Assembly: GCA_000320545.1 (NCBI GenBank)
Contig: ADNK01003468.1
Span: 1 to 48,475 of the forward strand
Origin: Bigelowiella natans CCMP2755
Lineage: Eukaryota; Protista; Cercozoa
DNA length: 48,475 bases
Direction: 5' to 3'
Shown: one piece after another, positions 37,150-48,475 of the stretch
How the letters are laid out: the number at the start of each line of letters is the position of its first letter
Numbering within the stretch: position 1 is the stretch's first letter
Notes under the pieces: model-generated
Seen by the model: only the letters and a program-made list of their open reading frames with translations
Databases searched by the model: none
Told to the model about the DNA's origin: nothing
Translations under genes and position numbers: made by a program

Positions 37150-40100
37150 GGCATTATTTGACCATTTTGAAAGGCTACTGGGGCTATCGGGGAAAAACCC
37201 TTTTGAACCATGGCCTACGTACCGATTCACAACGCTCATCTTACATGATGACACGATAAAATGAATATTTATAATTAATTGATTCTCAATATCGTATCGC
37301 ATAGGCTTGCAAGGGCACTACAAGGGAACACAGGTTAACTTGGTGTTATAATCATTCCAACGGTCATCGTTGTATTCATGTGGCCAAGAAGTTGGGCGTT
37401 ATGTAGGTATCCAAAGTGAAAGAACGTTAAATAAATCTATCGAAAGTCATCTCTAAATACAATTTCAAATAAAACTATAGAACGATATGAATAACCATAT
37501 AACAAGATGCGCTGCCTCGTTTGATCTAAATGTAACTGACGAACCAATTCTCGTTGAAGTTTTTCTGGCATTAGCGCAGCTTTGTTCACACTCAGAGCCT
37601 CAGCCAGGGCCTGATATTTTATAAACATATATATTATGGATGCGTTTATGAACCAATACATGCATAGCTCTTGATGACTAGTGAAAAGTTGCATACATTT
37701 CCTCTCTTTCGCAGAATTTCCTTATTAATAACAGCCTTTTTCAGATGGACGTAACCCTCATTCGCTTTGTACGCCGTTCCAAGGAGTTCGGCAGACCGAG
37801 CCTACGGATGATATGACTTGATCATTTACTGAATTATTAGCATTGTTTCGAGTTTTACCTTAGCTTTGGCTTCCACCAGTAATGCTTTTGCTTTTGCTTC
37901 TGCGACTACTTTTTCGCATTGTGCATCTGCCTGTGACACCAAACAATACTTTGTGTGAGAGAACATTACATTCATAATTTATACCGAAGCACTAACCTTG
38001 GCCCTTAGCAATCTTTCATCAGCTTTTGCTTTCTCCATAATCTGCTTTCTTTCGTTTACACCGTTAGCCTAAATACAAATGCATTAGAGGGCCATTGGAC
38101 GCTATATTGGTACCGTTCATACCTCCAAGAGCGCAATTTTCTGTGATATCTCCTGCTCCCGTTTCCTTGCAGTAAGCACTATCTCCTGAGTCTTTAGATA
38201 AATAATACAAAGAGTGAACATATAGTGAGATGCTTTAGACTTGCATACCTTTGCTTCAGCTTCCGCGACCATCTCTGCAAGCTTGGACCTAGCGACACGC
38301 CAAATTTTAACTATGTTGATTCAGGAAGAATTTGAGTAGGATCCACTCACTCGACTTCTTGTTTTTTCACTTCGCGTTGGGACTGTAGGGAGTATAGATT
38401 TGTTTTATGGGTTTTCTCCTTCTGACTCACGATCATCTGAAAAGCTCGTGCAGCTTCTTTTCTAACTCTATTGAACAAATTGAAAATAAATTTGCAACAT
38501 AATTTCAATTCGTTTGCCGTAGTTTCTGTTATCTGGGGAATTTTTCCAATTGTGTAATAGCTCATTCCTCCAACGAGTTCCTTATTTAAAATGAAATGTA
38601 CCGTTTTGCATCTTCGATTTCTTTTTTTCGCTTCTCCTCTAGAATCGTTTCCTGAAGTTCAATAACGTTAGGCCGCAAACAAACAATCGTAACTATGCAG
38701 CACTTACTTGGACTTGTGCCTCCTTTTTTGCTCTGTCCTTATTTCGAGAATGCAGAAGTGGAAATCGAATATCACGAATCTCAAACCTTTTTCCGAGCAC
38801 ATACACGTCTTGTCGAAAGGCTCGAGGAAAATTTTGTGAGATATGATAGTAATGGAGAAAAAGATACCCGAGTAATGTTCCTCCGAGTGATTCAATATGC
38901 TTCTGCAATCGTGGACGCATCACTTTCTCAAATCCACTAAATCTGTTATTTTTGTAGTTGAACATTCGCCTCATGCAGTAATTCAAGTATAGTGCAATAT
39001 TACCCTCGGCCTGCCTCGATCATACAATGTTCATACGTGTGCCCTGTAACGGACTCCAAGACTAAAGCCTAATTCATAAACGACAATAAAATCTATTGCA
39101 CATGAGATGCATACTGTCCTCAATCATCAAGCGCATACGAACCTGAATATTTTCTTCTACTGCTTGGAAAATGTCCGAATTAGTACCTAGCAATCGGGGA
39201 CTTAATTAATATACATGTATGTATACGCAATGTTATTCTATTCTTTAAAAGAGAGAAATATGACGTTTAAAGCTCAATTTCACCTTTGCGTCTTGTCCAT
39301 CTGATCGGATCTCTGATCTTCCAACGGAGCTGAACTCGCACTTTCACCTCTTGCCGGTCTTTGCTCTCCATCTAACCAAATAAAAGTTTTGCAATATTTT
39401 CTTTCGGTTACGAAGAAATTAGTCGTAACCTTGAACCATCGCGTAGAACGTGCATGGTGATGCATATCAACGAATTCCTTGTATACCTGTTTTAGTATGA
39501 CCTTCAGATGTGGTCGTATAGCTAACTAGTAGGATATAACCTCCCCGCCGCGAATTAGACCAAAACCAACACCGTACCGGAGGTTACCGTTGGAAGCCTG
39601 GAATAAATTATTGGTTATGAGAATAGATATTGGATGTATTTATACAAATAATTTTCATGATAGTACCTGGACTACATATCCAAACCCTGGCTCTGCTCGA
39701 ACAAAGGTCAGGGAACCGATTTGCTGAAACTCACCAGCCTTTAGGCTCACCTTTCAATATTTTCCATTTATTTCCCCTTCTCTCTAGCAATGTCAAAGAA
39801 ATACCTGGGTATGCTTATCCTTCGGACAACCATCAGGATATATGCCGATGGCTGGAGATTCAGTGATTGCTTTCCTAGAAAGTGTTGTTCAGATCATTAC
39901 AAAATGTAACACAGTGAAGCGAGGGCTTCGACGTACGTGTAGACTTTATTCTTCAAATTCTGCACATTGCAGATTCCATACACCCGAATCTGTAAAATAG
40001 AACGCCATCCCCTACTAAAGAGTCTGGGGAACAGATATTGGAGTTTGTATATACCGGCTTTTGAATTATGTATCTTCCAGCAACTAGTGTGTACTGGTTG

Positions 40101-41306
40101 GTTTCACCCTTAGGTTATCACCAAAATAGATGATACGTTTGATATGTCAGGAAAAAATTGAACCCTACCTGAACAACTGCTACGTGATTCTCGGGGAGAT
40201 TTATATAACTGATATCCTGGAAATATCAGAGCTTTCAATAAGACTAGAAGAGTATGAACGCATGGTAATATATCCTAGCTTACCTGGTGAGAAAACTTAG
40301 TTCCAACATTATTTTGGGTTTCCACCTAAGATAAGTGGAAATATATGAAATAATGCATCGATGGCATAACATGTAATTACCTCAACTATCCTTTCAAAAT
40401 TAACTTGGTAACCAAGTCGAATGTAGTTTCCTGAACATTATAATGACCACTGTTATGGAAAATAGTTTTGTCATCAAAATGTACATAGACACCAGGTGGA
40501 ACGAAATGCGTTCGTCCATTTTTGTATCCTAGTCCGAGCTGCCCTTCAGTAATGACAATACTCGTACAGCATCTAAATTTGTATTCGTCAATTTTCATCT
40601 ACACCTGGCCCAAATAATTGATTCGTTTCACCCGTTGTTCCCATTTGCAGTACTAATCATATAGTCATCATCCTGGACTTTTGCGAGTCTCTGAAGTCCC
40701 TCAAATACGGTCTCCGTTTCTTTTAGCTCGATCGCTCTTTTGAATTGACTAACCTATTAGATCAATAGAATGTAAGCAAGTAGTATTTGAACTAAAAAAA
40801 TATACATGTCTGCCTACATCGGTTTTGAATCCAAGGATCCACTTCACAGGATCTCTGCAAACATCAACACCAGCTTGTTTGATTTCAGTTCGTCTTAAAA
40901 TAGCTGGCAATCAAACTTTCGTTTAGTATCATCGTTGCTAGTTCCCACTGGATAGACATCACCGATAGGCTCGACCTTTGCATCAATACATTAATGTTTA
41001 TGTAAGCATTTTCTGCGTGTTTGGCTTTTCTTCATTTCAGCTGGTTCTAGAAACTCATGTAATAGGGGTTCTAGTGGACCTGTTCAACGATTGGCGGAGA
41101 TTTAATCTCTCCGATGACTACATCGTCCTCGCCAATGTCATGAGCGGTCTGGGTTGTTTTAGATCCGTTTTTCTCATGCTCCTTCAAAAGTCCTTGATCT
41201 AATAAAGAACGCACATCACTCGTTACAGTATCACATACAGTAATCTAGTTGACTGATCAGAGCGGGGAATCCGAAGCTCAAACAATGAGCAAACACCTTC
41301 GCTCAT
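37150..41306 (-). CDS. SPFH/Band-7 (flotillin/vacuolin-like) protein with N-terminal beta-repeat region and long C-terminal coiled coil; many short introns; 3' end approximate
   Basis: Start MSE|DQGLLKEHE (ATG 41306). Repeats IVITEGQLGLGYKNGRTHFVPPGVY and LTFVRAEPGFGYVVQ. SPFH core ...RLQKHIESLGGTLLG|FEIRDIRFP. Flotillin-type Ala/Glu/Lys coil (AEMVAEAEAK, KVVAEAKAKALLVEAKAK). Confidence 0.65.
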
Positions 41307-41667
41307 TGCTTGGGCACTTGGTTTCTGCGCGTTTTTATTTCTCGGATTTATCTCAAAAACCAACGTGATTGCGGGCGATTTTCCGTAAAAGACTTGAAGG
41401 ATAAACTTAAAACTATCCAGAACGCTCTCCTACCGCCCCAAAATATCCCCAGAGGGAAAAAAAAAACGATTCGTTGCCCTCCTTACAAAATAACTGATGC
41501 GGAATACAGGTCGTTTCGGCATCGCGTCAAATCACCATGCGCACGGGACTTAAGAAGTACAAAAAATGCCCGCGATTTTACACGTGCGTTTGGGATTGGA
41601 TGATGACGCGCATGGATAATACCCTATTTTGTTGGCGTTGTAGGTTTTTTTGTTCACAAAATCGGCA

Positions 41668-43965
41668 ATGGAGGGCATCGCTGGCATCCCGCATCCCATT
41701 GCCGTATGTCGGTCGTCGGTCGGCGAGATTTGGTTTTGCTAAAGTATCTTTTCCTCTCAGGTGCAGAAGATCTACCTTCCCTATGCAATTGTGTCCTACC
41801 TCATCCTCACGGTCATTGGGTCGATATTTTCTACGCGTCCGGAGACTACAGTCATCACTTCGTTGCTGGTGGCTGTTGTCGCTGGATCAGCACATATTTG
41901 TGGCATGGATAAGCTAAAATCTTACGGTAAACTACATAACTTAAAGAATGATAGCGGTTGTAAAGTATCATCTCACTTTGATTTAGGCTGTCAAGAGTAC
42001 GCTGCAGTGATTGCGTTTATAGCTGTTATCATCATGGCTTTGGATATCATGCTTCAGACATTCATATTTTTCTTTGACGAGAAAGACAATGTATGTTGGG
42101 TTGAAGACGCAGCCATACCGAAAGCACTTATTTACACAACTGTTCAATAATGTATAAAACATACATGTATGTAAGTTTAAACATGTAACTAGTATCAAAT
42201 CTTGGTTTTGATTATATGCAGGTATCTCTATCACACATCGTGATTGGACTTATTGGTACTTTGGTGTACACAACGGGTCTATTCTCCGTTAAGAATCTCC
42301 ATTCGGTGAGTCTTTTGATGGTTCTCCTCAAATAGAAAATCTAATGTCGAAATCATAATTTGATTAGGCAAACAAAATAGGATGGTTGTTTCAGTGGGCA
42401 TCAGTAGCCTTCGATTTTGGTCAAAACAAGATGTTGCTTAGAATGAGCACCTTACAGCTGATTTACAATTTCGGTATATAATTTGAAATATTCCGCTATT
42501 CTTTTTTAATCTTAGTCCTCATAAACGAGTTTGAAAGTGGGACCAGAAGTGCTGCGCGTCTGGTTTACTACGGAATTGCAGCAGCAGATGTTGGCCTATA
42601 TGTCATGTTTTGTATGTTAACTGTTGTATCGCCTTTGGTCGGAGATCCGAACCTCGCCTATACCTACGGTCGCTGCAAACGAATACTGTAACTTAGATAT
42701 TGATTCTGATCAATTTCTTTTAATCTTAAAGGTTTGGGCTTCCTCTCAGCTGTTACTGATATACCATCCTTAGTCACTTCTATTGCAGTTGATTCGTACC
42801 GTGACAATGATTTCATTACATTCCAAACGGTAAATATTGCATTCTCTATGGCGGTGAAAAACAAGTAACAAATGCACCCCTTCAGGTGTTCAAAGTGATC
42901 TTTCTCTTCAAGAGTATTGTATACGATATCATATACATATCCTATCAAATATCTCCAGATCTAAACCGAAAGTATATAGAACCCAAACCACGATGGTTTG
43001 GACACGTTTTTACTCCCTTTACTCTCATCTGGGCTCTTGTTGTAATGACATATGAAATAAACCAAGGAACAGACACTTTGGATGCCAGCATTGCGCTGAC
43101 AGTTTCTCAAACCTTCTTTTCATGGCTTACACTTGCATGTGTATTGAGTGTCGATACACATGTCGATTACGTGCTTGGCCGCAGTGCCGAGGCTTCAGCA
43201 TTTATATCTGCTCTCTTGCTATGCTGTAGTGTGATCTTCTTTTCGCATGAAGAATATGCCGAAGAGAGAGGTCCAAATAACAGCGGTGTTCGATTGACGC
43301 ATTTAGTTTTAGCTCACTTCTCCTTGTTTTTGTATTCGTTACGGATATTTTGGGTGAAAAATGTTACAAATACGATGAAAATATTGTGGGTTGGACATTG
43401 GATAGATATTATCTTTGCAGCAGCAGCACTTATAGCTCACCGTCGGGCAGGGGACCCAGGTGGTAGTACAGCAACAGCTCTACTTCTTACGGTGCAGGCA
43501 ATAAATCTGTTTTACGCATGTATTCGAAATCTGTTACTTTCTATCGAAGACTCACTCATCGAGGTTAATGTAGGAGCTGCTTTTGTAAATGATATAACAA
43601 CAAGACCAATTTATATAATTGGGGCATCACTTTCGGGGGCGGTAAGCAGTCCCTTCCTACTTTTCAAAGTCGTCTGGGACGTTGCCCTTGTTTTTGAGGT
43701 GGTGTCTACAGAATTACTTCAACGTTAATACTATTGCTTTGTGCTCTCTAACGCTTTGAATTGATGTAATCAGACTTGCGTTGCTCTACCATTCGTGGAA
43801 CAGGAAATTAACAAGCTGGCAAGATCAGACATAGAACCAGCCAGAAAGGATACTTCTAGAAAGAAGGAAGGTGAGAATATTCTAATGTCAAACTCTGCTC
43901 GTGGCGATAAGGTTCTAACAGTGAGCCCTACAACCGAGAAAAAGTCGTCTAAACTAGCTAGCTAA
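41668..43965 (+). CDS. Polytopic membrane protein of unknown function, multi-exon
   Basis: Phase-consistent GT-AG exons encode many hydrophobic segments (YAIVSYLILTVIGSIF, AAVIAFIAVIIMALDIML, ...), then the 42886-43728 ORF with about 7 more TM segments and a charged tail ending KLAS* (TAA 43963-43965). No family recognised. Confidence 0.7.
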
Positions 43966-44769
43966 CACAGTCTAGATACAATTTGCGATTGGTGAAAATT
44001 TGAACTCTCGGATGAACTAGTAAATGCTAGAATATTGACTGCACTAGTGCATACAGTGATGCCATACAGATACAGAGATCCACAACAGGTAGCTGTGAGC
44101 TCGACTCACTACAGTGCACGCATGGCCCTCATCGTTGCATTGTTGTGAGCTTTGCTTTGCATCTATGCTAGCATGCAATGATGATTAGACTAGAAGGTGG
44201 CGCTGTGTGCTCGAAGAACGACCAAGCATCGTTTCACGATGAACATCATCGCACACAACAAACGCAGTTATGCTAGCATGTCTAGATGGGTGCACACAAT
44301 GCATCTTGACAGTCTAGCTCTAGATTAGACATGCTGCTGACAAGTTGATTTCTTGTTGTCAACCAAAATGACATCTTGAGCTGCTACACTGAAATGTCAC
44401 TTCCGCATAAGCCATCACATACATGCTAGCATGCTAGCATGTGTGGACATGCCCGCAATGCCCGTAAGCCATTGATTTATCATGTGCTAGTGTGGTTGAC
44501 ACATGCTAGCATGGAACAATGCCATTTTCTAGTTGAACACGCTAACATCTAGAACATGAAGTAAAATGCACAAACACACATCGACATGTTAATAAACCTT
44601 GTAAGATAAACCATGCAAACAATGGAAACCAGAGCCGTTTTCTCTCATTTTGATTGATAGAATTTCAAGTTGTGGGTATTCATCGAAACAACAAGGGAAA
44701 CATAGATTTTCACGGCACTACAATCTTAACACTAAACAATAGAACTTGCTTGCGACAGAGCAAATGTTT

Positions 44770-46150
44770 TTAACGACGATTGCGAGTAGCCTTTAGATAC
44801 TCCTTTTGCATAGCCTATCGTGGTTAGGAAAGTCAATCTCGATAGGGTTTGTACATTTTCCTCATCTTAGCCAAAATAACTAATGTTCGATGTTTGGTAT
44901 TTAAAAGTGATATTAATCCCCCAAATGACCACTCGTTTTGCGGACTTCGACCGCACTAAGTATCAAGGAGGTACATTCATCTAGACAGGAACAGAGCACA
45001 TACCATCCGTTTCTAGCTAGATGCACGTACATACCCCTATGATTGCATCGGTAGTAGCTCTCCAGATCTTGATAAGCTCAATCGTGCCGAACTTGCCGAG
45101 ACGTGATTGGATCGTATCAACCAAAGCGCAGGAAAAGCCCTGTGCGATAACACAGAATATAAAAGCACATCCTCTCGCTTAACAAAATACGAGGACTCAG
45201 AAATGCAAGTCAATCCGGGAAATAGAGGCTATGAGATCGAATAACAGCATCTATATTCTGACTTGGAAATGATCATCAGTAAGCTTGTGTTTCACGTGGG
45301 ATTTTGCGAAAGAGCGTCCCAGCTTGTTTATATCAGACGTGCCTGAGGGATTAGAGAATGAGAGAAAAGTTTTACATCATGATGAATCATCTCGCTCCCA
45401 GTCTCACCACTATTTATTATCTTCAGTTTTCAAAATTAACTTTCTTACTTATTGCGTTGGAGATAAACGTTTGAATCATCTTCGACACGAGCGTGTAATT
45501 GGAAGGAAACTTCGTCTTCAAATCAGGACTTTTCAAAGATAGATTGCCGGAGGAGGGGATTGTTAGACAGAATCAACTTGAAATCCAAAATTCAATTTTA
45601 ATAGAGTACATAGGCGGCTCGTAACGGCCTTCGTCAAAGGCATTCGTGCCGATTGGCTCACCAATATTTGAGGAATGAACTCATGAAATCCTCATGAAAC
45701 GGACGGATGCAATTCTGCCCAGGCACGAAGAAGGAAGCTGCTGTTTGCCCAGTTGCTTTGGAATCTGCCGTCGCCGCCGAGTTTCGAGACTGGGGAAGAG
45801 TGGGTCAGTAGAAGAAAACGCCAGCCAGCGCGTACACGTAAAACAGGGGGTGGGGGAGAGCGTGTTCATGTTTAGAAGTGTGGGTAGATGTTGTATGTCA
45901 CTGTGGAGTGGTGTCAAATTTGTAACAATCTCTCTACCGCTTCAGCTGAGTCTTGCGCCGATTTCGCCTGCTCTTGAACTGTGAGAACAAGACTGAGCAC
46001 AAAGCGGCAAGTGGAGAGGAGCAACAATTACAAGAACTCTTCAAAAGATGAAAAGCAATCACATGAGACGACACTTCTCATCTACTTCCATGAAAGCTTC
46101 AGCAACTCGCGCTTATATCTTGCCTCGGGGGAGGACTGTTCGTTTCCCAT
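44770..46150 (-). CDS. Single-domain globin with N-terminal myristoylation motif, about 7 exons
   Basis: Manual splice, all junctions phase-consistent: MGNEQSSPEARYKRELLKLSWN...PFHEDFMSSFLKYCPDLKTKFPSNYTLVSKMIQTFISNAISTSDINKLGRSFAKSHVKHKLTDDHFQGFSCALVDTIQSRLGKFGTIELIKIWRATTDAIIG|AMQKEYLKATRNRR*. A-helix SW, C2 Pro, CD1 Phe, proximal F8 His, G5 Phe and H8 Trp are present. The choice of last exon is the least certain. Confidence 0.82.
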
Positions 46151-46232
46151 TGTGTCTGATTCGCTTATCTCTGACAAGCAAAACACTTCTTCAATCAGCT
46201 TCCAAAGGAGTGCTGATAAACTAGAACAAAGA

Positions 46233-46271
<39 letters not shown>

Positions 46272-47049
46272 CTTTGATAAGAGTTGAAAACTAGTGGGAT
46301 TGGACAGGGCGGACTTTAGCCAGAGGTGCTTTCGGAACCAGCACTTGACCTTGACCCTGTTTGCCGTTCTGTTCTTGTTCCTCTACATTGTGGGCATGCC
46401 CGCGATGCTGTGGTGGCGGCTCTACCGGGGGGATACGAGGAGCTAGTGCCAGTTTGGTTTCTGAGCATGGAAGGAAAAGATCTTCCGCTATCGCTCCTCG
46501 GAACGCGCGTGAATGTACACGTTACTTTCTCTTTCTCAGATCCTAAAGCGGAATCCTGAAAAACAATATTAGATAAAACCCCGTACGTTTCTTCTCTATT
46601 CGTATCGTTTTCAATTGTCTTTCCCAGTGCGATCCCCGTCATCCGCGTCGAACGAAAAATACAGCAGCTGCGCCGGTAGCCCGAGTATCGCAGGGAAGTT
46701 AATTCCATGTAATGCAGGTGATTCAGTCCCTGCGTCATCGAATTATTAACAAGAGGGAGGCGGTTGTACCGCGAAACAACCAAGAAACGAAGGAGATAAA
46801 ACGGGCAAATAGGCGGTTTTCCCCTCTGAAAAGCTGGTCGAATTACACATATGTGCTCCTGGATCTACCGGGAATTTATTGTAGAAACAACTGAGTACAT
46901 TTTGTCGCAATGCCGTAGCGCGTTGAAATTTGGCAAATTCCGTCTTGGCTCTACGAGGCTGTTCTGCGTTTCCTGGTAATAACGTCCTTGAACTTCCTTA
47001 AAAAAGGCGCCGAGTAGACGTTTTTTCCTCCGGCAGACATCCTAACATC

Positions 47050-48003
47050 ATGACTCCTACGGCTAATGCCCTGCATTCTTGGTATCTTCGGACTGCCCGA
47101 ACAAAAGTTACGATGTTCCCCCGAAAACAACTTGCCCAGTGCTCATGAAGCTGTGTTATTGAAAACAAAATGGTGCGACAACATTATTCTGTTGTCGCAG
47201 GATCACAGTTGTAGGTTATTTACTCAATATCTTTCTTCCTGCGATAAATCCATGCTTATCGCTCCGGCGGCTGCGACCCCACCCCCTCTCTATGCTAGAG
47301 CCCCAGTCCCAATCTACCTAAATCCCGCGCGCGGTGTGGGAATATCGACAAGGATAGGAGTAGGCTTGACGGTTTCTTCTCTAAGGAAATATGGCTGTGT
47401 AGCGCGAAAGCCCTTTGGGCTCGGGGGCCACTCGTCTTCGGGTATTACGGGTGGAGAGCGCATAGCACTGACGGCAGCTGCGACGACTCCGCAAACCTCC
47501 ACCCCCTGGTATCGAAATCGGAAGAGCCTCTGGAATCTTCCAAACCTGCTTACGAGTGCTAGAGTTGTGCTGATTCCTATCTTCGCTGCTGTCTTCTATC
47601 TTCCTCAAGGTCGCATTGTCCCGGTGTGCGATTTTCCCGCTGTTACATGAGAAGTGTTTTTGTTTTTATTTTTTGACTCTCCTTGAAAACAGTGGGGGGG
47701 ATACTGAGCGCCTCGATTTTCATTCTGGCCGCCATAACGGATTTCTTCGATGGGTATCTCGCCCGCAAGTGGGACATTTGCTCCCCGTTCGGTAAGAGGA
47801 GAGGGTGGGTGGGGGGGGGTTATATGAAGTAGGAAAACAGACAACTGGAAAAAAAACCCTTCTTATAATTATATTAAGACTCTCATCTTTCCCTTTGAAG
47901 ATTCGTAATTAATTGGATTTTCTGCATTTCAGGCGCTTTCCTGGATCCAGTAGCTGATAAGCTCATGGTGTCTACAGCCCTCATACTACTTGCAGGAGCG
48001 CAG
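47050..48003 (+). CDS. CDP-alcohol phosphatidyltransferase (PGP synthase/cardiolipin synthase-like) with N-terminal targeting-like extension; partial, start uncertain, continues 3'
   Basis: [18 protein letters not shown]...|[25 protein letters not shown]|[13 protein letters not shown] carries the full DxxDGxxAR...GxxxDxxxD signature. The preceding R/S/G/T-rich segment resembles a transit peptide. Confidence 0.9.
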
Positions 48004-48384
48004 GTATAGGCATGGTGGTTGCATTGGGTGGATAGCGAAAGGATTGATTCTTGATCTAAGGGCCAGTCGAGAACATTATAGAACTGTGTGTGTATGTGAA
48101 TGTGTGTTTGGGTGGGCGTTTGTGTATGATACGGTAATCTGGAGATTTGCTCGTATTTTGTAATCTTTTTGCTTGTATAGATTTATATGTATGGCAGAAA
48201 GAGCTGCTTTTTACGCTTCGATCTTTAAAACCATCATAGTATGCGAATAACTTGCACACATCATGTCTACTACTGCCTACTGCCTGTGGTGAAAGGGGGT
48301 CAGTGTTGCTGTTCCAACAGCGATCATTCTCTGCAGAGAAATAGGTCGGGTGATTAAAACAAATAAAATGATAAAACGCACACA

Positions 48385-48416
<32 letters not shown>

Positions 48417-48475
48417 GCACGTGCACGTGCACGTGTATCATAATATATATATATATTATATATATATATATATAT

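Noticed and set aside
7517-48003. Apparent thematic cluster of membrane-lipid/microdomain genes (GH30, sterol-GT-like fusion, tetraspanin, SPFH, PGP synthase)
   Set aside because: Interspersed with unrelated housekeeping genes (CCT8, USE1) and there is no evidence of co-regulation; likely chance without synteny data.
1-48475. CRISPR arrays, rRNA/tRNA genes, prokaryotic operons
   Set aside because: No repeat-spacer arrays or recognisable structural RNA genes seen; gene structure is spliceosomal and eukaryotic.

Overview
Gene-dense, intron-rich eukaryotic (protist) nuclear DNA. GT-AG introns, many filled with (CA)n/(TA)n/(GA)n microsatellites, plus a few apparent ~24-nt introns; this would fit a chlorarachniophyte-like alga, which is inference only. 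Genes read by manual splicing: a partial minus-strand gene at the left edge, a 2OG-Fe(II)/prolyl-hydroxylase-like oxygenase, a P-loop sulfotransferase-like protein, an intronless GH30 glucosylceramidase, intronless CCT8, a USE1-like SNARE, a tetraspanin, an SPFH/flotillin-vacuolin-like protein, an unknown polytopic membrane protein, an N-myristoylated globin and a PGP-synthase-like CDP-alcohol phosphatidyltransferase. A ~16.7-kb minus-strand gene appears to fuse a degenerate sterol-glucosyltransferase fold, two PH domains, a START-like domain and an RGS domain. The strongest unexplained signal is mutational. A decayed Harbinger-like transposase (3.2-4.7 kb) and a second repeat-like block (6.4-7.3 kb) have lost almost every TpA, apparently to TpG/CpA (Tyr->Cys/His). 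CpG is retained and TpA inside CTAG is spared. This resembles a RIP-like genome-defence process running opposite to fungal RIP. Weaker versions of the same CTAG-rich signature lie in all four convergent intergenic spacers. All exon models and domain calls are by eye.
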